A DNA stretch of 64,000 nucleotides from Eledone cirrhosa (lineage: Eukaryota), in assembly GCA_964016885.1 (NCBI GenBank), contig OZ024743.1, forward strand, positions 136,276,001 through 136,340,000, in the 5' to 3' direction. This document shows positions 1 through 11,900 of the stretch, piece by piece. The translations under genes were made by a program, and so were the position numbers. The notes beneath the pieces were generated by a model that worked only from the letters and a program-made list of their open reading frames with translations, was not told the DNA's origin and searched no databases. Numbering within the stretch: position 1 is the first letter of the stretch; each line of letters begins with the position of its first letter.

Positions 1-3000
1 GTGCTTGGTGATTGGTGCTTGGTGCTTGGTTATTAGTGTTTGGTGCTTGGTGCTTGTGGTTTGGTGTTTGGTGCTTGGTGCTTGGTGTTTGGTGTTTGCT
101 GTATGGTGTTTGCTGTTTCGTGTTTGGTGTTTGCTGTTTGGTGTTTAATGCTTGGTGCATGGTGTTTGGTGTTTGGTGTTTGGTGTTTGGTGTTTGGTGC
201 TTGCTGTTTGGTGCTTGGTGCTTGGTGTTTGGTGTTTGGTGTTTGGTGCTTGGTGCTTGGTGTTTGGTGCTTGGTGCTTGGTGCTGGGTGTTTGGTGCTT
301 GGTGCTTGGTGTTTGGTGCTTGGTGCTTGATGCTTGGTGCTTGGTGTTTGTTGTTTGGTGCTTGGTGCTTGGTGTTTGGTGCTTGGTGCTTGCTGTTTGG
401 TGTTTGGTGTTTGGTGCTTGGTGCTTGGTCTTTGGTGTTTGGTGTTTGGTGTTTGGTGCTAGGTGCTTGGTGTTTGGTGCTTGGTGTTTGGTGCTTGGTG
501 TTCGGTGCTTGGTGCTTGGTGCTTGGTACTTGGTGTTAGGTTTTTGGTGCTTGGGGCTTGGTGTTTGGTGTTTGGTGCTTGGTGCTTGGTATTTGGTGTT
601 TGGTGCTTGGTGTTTGGTGTTTGGTGCTTTGTGCTTGGTGTTTGGTGCTGGGTGTATGGTGTTTGGTGCTTGGTGCTTGGTGCTTGGTGTTTGGTGTTTG
701 GTGCTTGGTACTTGGTGTTTGGTGTTTGATGCTTGGTGTTTGATGCTTGTTGCTTGGTGCTTGGTGTTTTGTGTTTGGTGTTTGGTGCTTGGTGTATGTA
801 CTTGGTGCTTGGTGCTTGGTGTTTGGTGCTTGGTTCTTGGTGTTTGGTGCTTGGTGCTTGGTGCTTGGTGTTTGGTGCTTGGTGCTTGGTGTTTGGTGCT
901 TGGTGTTTGGTGTTTGGTGCTTGGTGTTTGGTACTTGGTGCTTGGTGCTTGGTTTTAAGTGTTTAGTGCTTGGTGCTTGGTGTTTGGTGCTTCGTGCTTG
1001 GTGCTTGGTGTTTGGTGCATGGTGCTTGCTGTTTGGGGCTTGGTGTCTGGTGCTTTGTGTTTGGTGCTAGGAGCTTGGTGCTTGGTCTTTGGTGCTTGGT
1101 GCTTGGTGCTTGGTGCTTGGTGTTTGGTGCTTGGTGCTTGGTGCTTGGTTATTAGTGTTTGGTGCTTGGTGCTTGGGGTTTGGTGTTTGGTGCTTGGTGC
1201 TTGGTGTTTGGTGTTTGCTGTATGGTGTTTGCTGTTTGGTGTTTGGTGTTTGCTGTTTGGTGTTTAATGCTTGGTGCTTGGTGCTTGGTGTTTGGTGGTT
1301 GGTGCTTGGTGCTTGGTGTTTGGCGTTTGCTCTTTGCTGTTTGGTGTTTGGTGCTTGCTGTTTGGTGGTTGGTGTTTGGTGTTTGGTGTTTGGTGCTTGC
1401 TGTTTGGTGCTTGGTGCTTGGTGTTTGTTGTTTGGTGTTTGGTGCTTGGTGCTTGGTGTTTGGTGGTTGGTGCTTGGTGCTGGGTGTTTGGTGCTTGTTG
1501 CTTGGTGCTTGGTGCTTGGTGCTTGGTGCTTGGTGCTTGGTCTTTGGTACTTGGTGTTTGGTGTTTGGTGCTTGGTGCTTGGTGTTTGGTGCTTGGGGCT
1601 TGGTGTTTGGTGCTTGGTGATTGCTGCTTGGTGTTTGGTGTTTGGTGCTTGGTGCTTGGTGCTTGGTGATTAGTGTTTGGTGCTTGGTGCTTGGTGCCTT
1701 GTGCTTGGTGCTTGGTGCTTGTTGTTTGGTGCTTGGTGCTTGGTGATTAGTGTTTGGTGCTTGGTGCTTGGTGCCTGGTGCTTGGTGCTTGTTGTTTGGT
1801 GCTTGGTGCTTGGTGATTAGTGTTTGGTGCCTGGTGCTTGGTGCTTGCTGTTTGGTGGTTGTTGTTTGGTGCTTGGTGTTTGGTGCTTGGTGCTTGGTGC
1901 TGGGTGGTTGGTGTTTGGTGCTTGGTGCTTGGTGTTTGGTGCTTGGTGCTTGGTGCTTGTTGTTTGGTGCTTGGTGCTTGGTCTTTGGTGCTTGGTGCTT
2001 GGTGTTTGGTGTTTGGTGTTTGGTGTTTCGTGCTTGGTGTCTAGTTTTTGGGTTTTGGTGTTTGGCGCTTGGTGCTTAGTGTTTGGTGTTTGGTGCTTGG
2101 TGCTTGGTGTTTGGTGTTTGGTGCTTGGTGTTTGGTGCTGGGTGCTTTGTGCTTGGTGTTTGGTGCTGGGTGTATGGTGTTTGGTGCTTGGTGCTTGGTG
2201 CTTGGTGTTTGGTGTTTGGTGCTTGGTACTTGGTGTTTGGTGTTTGATGCTTGGTGTTTGATGCTTGTTGCTTGGTGCTTGGTGTTTTGTGTTTGGTGTT
2301 TGGTACTTGGTGTATGTACTTGGTGCTTGGTGCTTGGTGTTTGGTGCTTGGTTCTTGGTGTTTGGTGCTTGGTGCTTGGTGTTTGGTGCTTGGTGTTTGG
2401 TGTTTGGTGCTTGGTGTTTGGTACTTGGTGCTTGGTGCTTGGTGTTAAGTGTTTGGTGCTTGGTGCTTGGTGTTTGGTGCTTCGTGCTTGGTTCTTGGTG
2501 TTTGGTGCATGGTGCTTGGTGTTTGGGGCTTGGTGCCTGGTGCTTTGTGTTTGGTGCTAGGTGCTTGGTGCTTGGTCTTTGGTGTTTGGTGCTTGGTGCT
2601 TGGTGCTTGGTGTTTGGTGCTTGGTGCTTGGTGCTTGGTTATTAGTGTTTGGTGCTTGGTGCTTGGGGTTTGGTGTTTGGTGCTTGGTGCTTGGTGTTTG
2701 GCGTTTGCTCTTTGCTGTTTGGTGTTTGGTGCTTGCTGTTTGGTGTTTGGTGTTTGGTGTTTGGTGTTTGGTGCTTGCTGTTTGGTGCTTGGTGCTTGGT
2801 GCTGGGTGTTTGGTGCTTGGTGCTTGATGCTTGGTGCTTGGTGTTTGGTCCTTGGGGCTTGGTGCTTGGTCTTTGGTGCTTGGGATTTGGTGTTTGGTGC
2901 ATGGTGCTCGGTGTTTGGTGCTTGGTGCTTGGTGCTTGGTGTTTGGTGTTTGGTGCTTGCTGCTTGGTGCTTGGTGTTTGGTGCTTGGTCCTTGGTGATT

Positions 3001-3219
3001 AGTGTTTGGTGCATGGTGCTTGGTGCTTGGTGTTTGGTGCTTGGTGCTTGGTGTTTGGTGCTTGGTGCTTGCTGTTTGGTGTTTGGTGTTTGGTGCTTGG
3101 TGCTTGGTGTTTGGTGCTTGGTGTTTGGTTCTTGGTGTATGTACTTGGTGCCTGGTGCTTGGTGTTTGGTGCTTGGTTCTTGGTGTTTGGTGCTTGGTGT
3201 TTGGTGCTTGGTGTTTGGT

Positions 3220-6200
3220 GCTTGGTGCTTGGTGTTTGGTACTTGGTGCTTGGTGTTTGGTGTTTGGTGCTTGGTGTTTGGTGCTTGGTGCTTGGTGCTT
3301 GGTGTTAAGTGTTTGGTGCATGGTGCTTGGTGTTTGGTGCTTCGTGCTTGGTGCTTGGTGTTTGGTGCATGTTGCTTGATGTTTGGGGCTTGGTGCCTGG
3401 TGCTTGGTGTTTGGTGCTTGGTGCTTGGTGCTTGGTGTTTGGTGTTTGGTGCTTGGTGCTTGGTGTTTGGTGCTTGGTGTTTGGTGATTGGTGTTCGGTG
3501 CTTGGTGGTTGGTGCTTGGTACTTGGTGTTAGGTTTTTGGTGCTTGGGGCTTGGTGTTTGGTGTTTGGTGCTTGGTGCTTGGTGTTTGGTGCTTGGTGCT
3601 TTGTGCTTGGTGTTTGGTGCTGGGTGTATGGTGTTTGGTGCTTGGTGCTTGGTGCTTGGTGTTTGGTGTTTGGTGCTTGGTACTTGGTGTTTGGTGTTTG
3701 ATGCTTGGTGTTTGATGCTTGTTGCTTGGTGCTTGGTGTTTTGTGTTTGGTGTTTGGTGCTTGGTGTTTGGTGCTTGGTGCTTGGTGTTTGGTGCTTGGT
3801 GTTTGGTGTTTGGTGCTTGGTGTTTGGTACTTGGTGCTTGGTGCTTGGTGTTAAGTGTTTGGTGCTTGGTGCTTGGTGTTTGCTGCTTCGTGCTTGGTGC
3901 TTGGTGTTTGGTGCATGGTGCTTGGTGTTTGAGGCTTGGTGCCTGGTGCTTTGTGTTTGGTGCTAGGTGCTTGGTGCTTGGTCTTTGGTGTTTGGTGTTG
4001 GTGCTTGGTGCTTGGTGTTTGGTGCTTGGTGATTGGTGCTTGGTGCTTGGTTATTAGTGTTTGGTGCTTGTTGCTTGGGGTTTGGTGTTTGGTGCTTGGT
4101 GCTTGGTGTTTGGTGTTTGCTGTATGGTGTTTGCTGTTTCGTGTTTGGTGTTTGCTGTTTGGTGTTTAATGCTTGGTGCTTGGTGCATGGTGTTTGGTGC
4201 TTGGTGCTTGGTGCTTGGTGTTTGGCGTTTGCTCTTTGCTGTTTGGTGTTTGGTGCTTGCTGTTTGGTGTTTGGTGTTTGGTGTTTGGTGTTTGGTGCTT
4301 GCTGTTTGGTGCCTGGTGCTTGGTGTTTGGTGTTTGGTGTTTGGTGCTTGGTGCTTGGTGTTTGGTGCTTGGTGCTTGGTGCTGGGTGTTTGGTGCTTGG
4401 TGCTTGGTGTTTGGTGCTTGGTGCTTGATGCTTGGTGCTTGGTGTTTGGTCCTTGGGGCTTGGTGCTTGGTCTTTGGTGCTTGGGATTTGGTGTTTGGTG
4501 CATGGTGCTCGGTGTTTGGTGCTTGGTGCGTGGTGCTTGGTGTTTGGTGTTTGGTGCTTGCTGCTTGGTGCTTGGTGTTTGGTGCTTGGTGCTTGGTGAT
4601 TAGTGTTTGGTGCATGGTGCTTGGTGTTTGTTGTTTGGTGCTTGGTGCTTGGTGTTTGGTGCTTGGTGCTTGCTGTTTGGTGTTTGGTGTTTGGTGCTTG
4701 GTGCTTGGTCTTTGGTGTTTGGTGTTTGGTGTTTGGTGCTTGGTGCTTGGTGTTTGGTGCTTGGTGTTTGGTGCTTGGTGTATGTGCTTGGTGCTTGGTG
4801 CTTGGTGCTTGGTTCTTGGTGTTTGGTGCTTGGTGTTTGGTGCTTGGTGTTTGGTGCTTGGTGCTTGGTGTTTGGTACTTGGTGCTTGGTGTTTGGTGTT
4901 TGGTGCTTGGTGTTTGGTGCTTGGTGCTTGGTGCTTGGTTGGTGCTGGGTGTATGGTGTTTGGTGCTTGGTGCTTGGTGCTTGGTGTTTGGTGTTTGGTG
5001 CTTGGTACTTGGTGTTTGGTGTTTGATGCTTGGTGTTTGATGCTTGTTGATTGGTGCTTGGTGTTTTGTGTTTGGTGTTTGGTGCTTGGTGTATGTACTT
5101 GGTGCTTGGTGCTTGGTGTTTGGTGCTTGGTTCTTGGTGTTTGGTGCTTGGTGCTTGGTGCTTGGTGTTTGGTGCTTGGTGCTTGGTGTTTGGTGCTTGG
5201 TGTTTGGTGTTTGGTGCTTGGTGTTTGGTACTTGGTGCTTGGTGCTTGGTGTTAAGTGTTTGGTGCTTGGTGCTTGGTGTTTGGTGCTTCGTGCTTGGTG
5301 CTTGGTGTTTGAGGCTTGGTGCCTGGTGCTTTGTGTTTGGTGCTAGGTGCTTGGTGCTTGGTCTTTGGTGTTTGGTGCTTGGTGCTTGGTGCTTGGTGTT
5401 TGGTGCTTGGTGCTTGGTGTTTGGTACTTGGTGCTTGGTGTTTGGTGTTTGGTGCTTGGTGTTTGGTGCTTGGTGCTTGGTGCTTGGTGTTAAGTGTTTG
5501 GTGCATGGTGCTTGGTGTTTGGTGCTTCGTGCTTGGTGCTTGGTGTTTGGTGCATGGTGCTTGATGTTTGGGGCTTGGTGCCTGGTGCTTGGTGTTTGGT
5601 GCTTGGTGCTTGGTGTTTGGTGTTTGGTGCTTGGTGCTTGGTGTTTGGTGCTTGGTGTTTGGTGATTGGTGTTCGGTGCTTGGTGGTTGGTGCTTGGTAC
5701 TTGGTGTTAGGTTTTTGGTGCTTGGGGCTTGGTGTTTGGTGTTTGGTGCTTGGTGTTTGGTGTTTGGTGCTTGGTGTTTGGTGCTTGGTGCTTTGTGCTT
5801 GGTGTTTGGTGCTGGGTGTATGGTGTTTGGTGCTTGGTGCTTGGTGCTTGGTGTTTGGTGTTTGGTGCTTGGTACTTGGTGTTTGGTGTTTGATGCTTGG
5901 TGTTTGATGCTTGTTGCTTGGTGCTTGGTGTTTTGTGTTTGGTGTTTGGTGCTTGGTGTTTGGTGCTTGGTGCTTGGTGTTTGGTGCTTGGTGTTTGGTG
6001 TTTGGTGCTTGGTGTTTGGTACTTGGAGCTTGGTGCTTGGTGTTAAGTATTTGGTGCTTGGTGCTTGGTGTTTGGTGCTTCGTGCTTGGTGCTTGGTGTT
6101 TGGTGCATGGTGCTTGGTGTTTGAGGCTTGGTGCCTGGTGCTTTGTGTTTGGTGCTAGGTGCTTGGTGCTTGGTCTTTGGTGTTTGGTGTTGGTGCTTGG

Positions 6201-7130
6201 TGCTTGGTGTTTGGTGCTTGGTGATTGGTGCTTGGTGCTTGGTTATTAGTGTTTGGTGCTTGTTGCTTGGGGTTTGGTGTTTGGTGCTTGGTGCTTGGTG
6301 TTTGGTGTTTGCTGTATGGTGTTTGCTGTTTCGTGTTTGGTGTTTGCTGTTTGGTGTTTAATGCTTGGTGCTTGGTGCATGGTGTTTGGTGCTTGGTGCT
6401 TGGTGCTTGGTGTTTGGCGTTTGCTCTTTGCTGTTTGGTGTTTGGTGCTTGCTGTTTGGTGTTTGGTGTTTGGTGTTTGGTGTTTGGTGCTTGCTGTTTG
6501 GTGCTTGGTGCTTGGTGTTTGGTGTTTGGTGTTTGGTGCTTGGTGCTTGGTGTTTGGTGCTTGGTGCTTGGTGCTGGGTGTTTGGTGCTTGGTGCTTGGT
6601 GTTTGGTGCTTGGTGCTTGATGCTTGGTGCTTGGTGTTTGGTCCTTGGGGCTTGGTGCTTGGTCTTTGGTGCTTGGGATTTGGTGTTTGGTGCATGGTGC
6701 TCGGTGTTTGGTGCTTGGTGCATGGTGCTTGGTGTTTGGTGTTTGGTGCTTGCTGCTTGGTGCTTGGTGTTTGGTGCTTGGTGCTTGGTGATTAGTGTTT
6801 GGTGCATGGTGCTTGGTGTTTGTTGTTTGGTGCTTGGTGCTTGGTGTTTGGTGCTTGGTGCTTGCTGTTTGGTGTTTGGTGTTTGGTGCTTGGTGCTTGG
6901 TCTTTGGTGTTTGGTGTTTGGTGTTTGGTGCTTGGTGCTTGGTGTTTGGTGCTTGGTGTTTGGTGCTTGGTGTATGTGCTTGGTGCTTGGTGCTTGGTGC
7001 TTGGTTCTTGGTGTTTGGTGCTTGGTGTTTGGTGCTTGGTGTTTGGTGCTTGGTGCTTGGTGTTTGGTACTTGGTGCTTGGTGTTTGGTGTTTGGTGCTT
7101 GGTGTTTGGTGCTTGGTGCTTGGTGCTTGG
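3220..7130 (+). repeat. Higher-order direct duplication, offset about 2192 bp (about 3220-4935 vs about 5400-7130)
   Basis: Markers recur at +2192: the 6-bp unit GGTGTT-GGTGC (3994/6186) and TTGGGATTTGG (4481/6673). Matching ORF-track entries are 3719/5911, 4033/6225, 4173/6365 and 4603/6795. The offset is 2185 at the 5' part (3309/5494). Confidence 0.88.
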
Positions 7131-8989
7131 TGTTAAGTGTTTGGTGCTTGGTGCTTGGTGTTTGGTGCTTCGTGCTTGGTGCTTAGTGTTTGGTGCATGG
7201 TGCTTGATGTTTGGGGCTTGGTGCCTGGTGCTTGGAGTTTGGTGCTTGGTGCTTGGTGCTTGGTGTTTGGTGTTTGGTGCTTGGTGCTTGGTGTTTGGTG
7301 CTTGGTGTTTGGTGCTTGGTGTTCGGTGCTTGGTGCTTGGTGCTTGGTACTTGGTGTTAGGTTTTTGGTGCTTGGGGCTTGGTGTTTGGTGTTTGGTGCT
7401 TGGTGCTTGGTGTTTGGTGTTTGGTGCTTGGTGTTTGGTGCTTGGTGCTTTGTGCTTGGTGTTTGGTGCTGGGTGTATGGTGTTTGGTGCTTGGTGCTTG
7501 GTGCTTGGTGTTTGGTGTTTGGTGCTTGGTACTTGGTGTTTGGTGTTTGATGCTTGGTGTTTGGTGCTTGGTGTTTTGTGTTTGGTGTTTGGTGCTTGGT
7601 GTATGTACTTGGTGCTTGGTGCTTGGTGTTTGGTGCTTGGTTCTTGGTGTTTGGTGCTTGGTGCTTGGTGCTTGGTGTTTGGTGCTTGGTGCTTGGTGTT
7701 TGGTGCTTGGTGTTTGGTGTTTGGTGCTTGGTGTTTGGTACTTGGTGCTTGGTGCTTGGTGTTAAGTGTTTGGTGCTTGGTGCTTGGTGTTTGGTGCTTC
7801 GTGCTTGTTGCTTGGTGTTTGAGGCTTGGTGCCTGGTGCTTTGTGTTTGGTGCTAGGTGCTTGGTGCTTGGTCTTTGGTGTTTGGTGCTTGGTGCTTGGT
7901 GCTTGGTGTTTGGTGCTTGGTGCTTGGTGCTTGGTTATTAGTGTTTGGTGCTTGGTGCTTGGGGTTTGGTGTTTGGTGCTTGGTGCTTGGTGTTTGGTGT
8001 TTGCTGTATGGTGTTTGCTGTTTCGTGTTTGGTGTTTGCTGTTTGGTGTTTAATGCTTGGTGCTTGGTGCTTGGTGTTTGGTGCTTGGTGCTTGGTGCTT
8101 GGTGCTTGGCGTTTGCTCTTTGCTTTTTGGTGTTTGGTGCTTGCTGTTTGGTGTTTGGTGTTTGGTGTTTGGTGTTTGGTGCTTGCTGTTTGGTGCTTGG
8201 TGCTTGGTGTTTGGTGTTTGGTGCTTGGTGCTTGGTGTTTGGTGCTTGGTTCTTGGTGCTGGGTGTTTGGTGCTTGTTGCTTGGTGTTTGGTGCTTGGTG
8301 CTTGATGTTTGGTGCTTGGTGTTTGGTCCTTGGTGCTTGGTGCTTGGTCTTTGGTGCTTGGGGTTTGGTGTTTGGTGCTTGGTGCTTGGTGTTTGGTGCT
8401 TGGTGCTTGGTGCTTGGTGTTTGGTGTTTGGTGCTTGCTGCTTGGTGCTTGGTGTTTGGTGCTTGGTGCTTGGTGATTAGTGTTTGTTGCATGGTGCTTG
8501 GTGTTTGTTGTTTGGTGCTTGGTGCTTGGTGTTTGGTGCTTGGTGCTTGCTGTTTGGTGTTTGGTGTTTGGTGCTTGGTGCTTGGTGTTTGGTGTTTGGT
8601 GTTTGGTGTTTGGTGTTTGGTGCTTGGTGCTTGGTGTTTGGTGCTTGGTATTTGGTGCTTGGTGTATGTACTTGGTGCTTGGTGCTTGGTGTTTGGTGCT
8701 TGGTTCTTGGTGTTTGGTGCTTGGTGCTTGGTGCTTGGTGTTTGGTGCTTGGTGCTTGGTGTTTGGTATTTGGTGCTTGGTGTTTGGTGTTTGGTGCTTG
8801 GTGTTTGGTGCTTGGTGCTTGGTGCTTGGTGTTAAGTGTTTGGTGCTTGGTGCTTGGTGTTTGGTGCTTCGTGCTTGGTGCTTGGTGTTTGGTGCTTGGT
8901 GCTTGGTGTTTGGTGCTTGGTGCTTGGTGTTTGGTACTTGGTGCTTGGTGTTTGGTGTTTGGTGCTTGGTGTTTGGTGCTTGGTGCTTG

Positions 8990-11900
8990 GTGCTTGGTGT
9001 TAAGTGTTTGGTGCTTGGTGCTTGGTGTTTGGTGCTTCGTGCTTGGTGTTTGGTGTTTGGTGCTAGGTGCTTGGTGCTTGGTGTTTGGTGCTTGGTGCTT
9101 GGTGTTTGGTGCTTGGTGCTTGGGGCTTGGTGTTTGGTGCTTGCTGCTTGGTGTTTGGTGCTTGGTGCTTGGTGCTTGGTGTTTGGTGTTTGGTGTTTGG
9201 TGCTTGGTGTTTGGTGCTTGGTGCTTGGTGCTGGGTGGTTGATGTTTGGTGCTTGTTGCTTGGTGTTTGGTGCTTGGTGCTTGGTGCTTATTGTTTGGTG
9301 CTTGGTGCTTGGTGCTTGGTGCTTGGCCTTTGGTGCTTGGTGTTTGCTGTTTGGTGTTTGGTGTTTGTGCTTGGTGCTTGGTGCTTGGTGTTTGGTGCTA
9401 GGTGCTTGACGCTTGGCGTTTGGTGCTTGGTGCTTGGTGCTTGGTGATTAGTGTTTGGTGCTTGGTGCTTGGGGTTTGGTGTTTGGTATTTGCTGTTTGG
9501 TGTTTGCTGTATGGTGTTTGCTGTTTTGTGTTTCGTGTTTGCTGTTTGGTGTTTGGTGCTTGGTGCTTGGTGCTTGGTGTTTCGTGCTTGGTGCTTGGTG
9601 CTTGGTGTTTGGCGTTTGCTGTTTGCTGTTTGGTGTTTGGTGTTTGCTGTTTGGTGTTTGCTGTTTGGTGTTTGGTGCTTGGTGCTTGGTGGCTGGTGTT
9701 TGGTGCTTGGTGTTTGGATTTTGGTGCTTGGTGTTTGGATTTTGGTGCTTGGTGCTTGGTGCCTGGTGTTTCGTGCTTGGTGCTTGGTGCTTGGTGTTTG
9801 GTGTTTGGTGCTTGGTGTTTGGTATTTGGTGCTTGGTGCTTGGTGCTTGGTGTTTGGTGCTTGGTGCTTGGTGCTTGGTGTTTGATGCTGCGTGCTTGGT
9901 GTTTGGTGTTTGGTGCTTGATGCTTGGTGTTTGTTGTTTGGAGCTTGGTGCCTGGTGCTTGTTGTTTGGTGCCTCGTGCTTGTTGTTTGGTGTTTGGTGC
10001 TTGGTGCTTGATGTTTGGTGCTTGGTGCTTGGTGCTTGGTGTTTGGTGCTTGGTGCTTGGTGTTTGGTGCTTGGTGCTTGGTGTTTGGTGCTTGGTGTTT
10101 GGTGCTTGGTGCTTGGTGCTTCGTGCTTGGTGTTAGGTGTTTGGTGCTTGGTGCTTTGTGTTTGATGTTTGGTCCTTGGTGCTTGGTGTTTGGTGTTTGG
10201 TGCTTGGTGCTTGGTGTTTGGTGTTTGGTGCTTGCTGCTTGGTGCTTGGTGTTTTGTGTTTGGAGTTTGGTGTTTGGTGTTTGGTGCTTCGGTCTTGGTG
10301 CTTGGTGTTTGGTGCTTGGTGCTTGGTGTTTGGTGCTTGGTGCCTGGTGCTTGTTGTTTGGTGCTTGGTGCTTGGTGTTTGATGATTGGTGCTTGGTGTT
10401 TGGTGCTTGGTGCTTGGTGCTTGGTGCTTGGTGTTAGGTGTTTGGTGCTTGGTGCTTGGTGTTTGATGTTTGGTCCTTGCTGCTTGGTGTTTGGTGTTTG
10501 GTGCTTCGTGCTTGGTGTTTGGTGTTTGGTGCTTGGTGCTTGGTGTTTGGTGCTTGCTGCTTGCTGCTTGGGTTTTGGTGCTTGGTGATTGGTGCTTGGT
10601 GTTTTGTGCTTGGTGCTAGGTGTTTGGTGTTTGGTGTTTGGTGCTTGGTGCTTGGTGCTTGGTGCTTGGTGTTTGGTGCTGCGTGCTTGGTGTTTGGTGT
10701 CTGGAGTTTGGTGCTTGGTGCTTGGTGCCTGGTGATTCGTGCTTGGTGCTTGGTGCTTGGTGTTTGGTGTTTGGTGCTTGGTGTTTGGTGTTTGGTACTT
10801 GGTGTTTGGTGCTTGGTGCCTGGTGCTTGGTGTTTGGTGCTTGGTGCTTGGTGTTTGGTGATTGGTGCTTGGTGTTTGGTGATTGGTGCTTGATGCTTGG
10901 TGCTTGGTGTTAGGTGTTTGGTGCTTGGTGCTTGGTGTTTGATGTTTGGTCCTTGGTGCTTGGTGTTTGGTGTTTGGTGCTTGGTGCTTGGTGTTTGGTG
11001 TTTGGTGCTTGCTGCTTGCTGCTTGGTGTTTGGTGCTTGGTGATTGGTGCTTGGTGTTTTGTGCTTGGTGCTTGGTGTTTGGTGTTTGGTGCTAGGGGCT
11101 TAGTGCTTGGTGCTTGGTGTTTGGTGCTTGGTGCTTGCTGTTTGGTGTTTGGTGCTTGGTGCGTGGGACTTAGTGTTTGGTGTTTGGTGCTTGGTGTTTG
11201 GTGCTTGGTGTTTGGGGCTTGGTGTTCGGTGCTTGGTGCTTGGTGCTTGGGGCTTGGTGTTTGTTGTTTGGTGCTTGGTGCTTGGTCTTTGGTGCTTGGT
11301 GTTTGGTGTTTGGTGCTTGGTGCTTGGTGCTTGGTTTTTGGTGCTTGGTGCTTGGTGCTTGGTGTTTGGTGCTTGGTGCTTGGTGCTTGTTGTTTGGTGC
11401 TTGGTGCTTGGTCTTTGGTGCTTGGTGTTTGGTGTTTGGTGCTTGGTGCTTGGTGTTTGGTGCTTGGTGCTAGGTGTTTAGTGTTTGGTGCTTGGTGCTT
11501 GGTGTTTGGTGATTGGTGCCTGGTGCTTGGTGCTTAGTGCTTGGTGTTTGGTGTTTGGTGCTTGGTGTTTGGTGTTTGGTGTTTGATGCTTGGTTTTTGC
11601 TGCTTGGTGCTTGGTGCCTGGTGCTTGGTGCTTGGTGCTTGTTGTTTGGTGCTTGGTGCTTGGTTATTAGTCTTTGGTGCTTGGTGCTTGGTGTTTGGTG
11701 TTTCGTGCTTCGTGTCTAGTGTTTGGGTTTTGGTGTTTGGTGTTTGCTGTATGGTGTTTGCTGTTTCGTGTTTGGTGCTTCGTGCTTGGTGCTTGGTGTT
11801 TGGTGCATGGTGCTTGGTGTTTGAGGCTTGGTGCCTGGTGCTTTGTGTTTGGTGCTAGGTGCTTGGTGCTTGGTCTTTGGTGTTTGGTGCTTGGTGCTTG

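Noticed and set aside
9685-9700. GGTGGCTGGTG resembling the E. coli Chi site GCTGGTGG
   Set aside because: The sequence continues GCTGGTGT, not GCTGGTGG. The resemblance is expected from the base composition.
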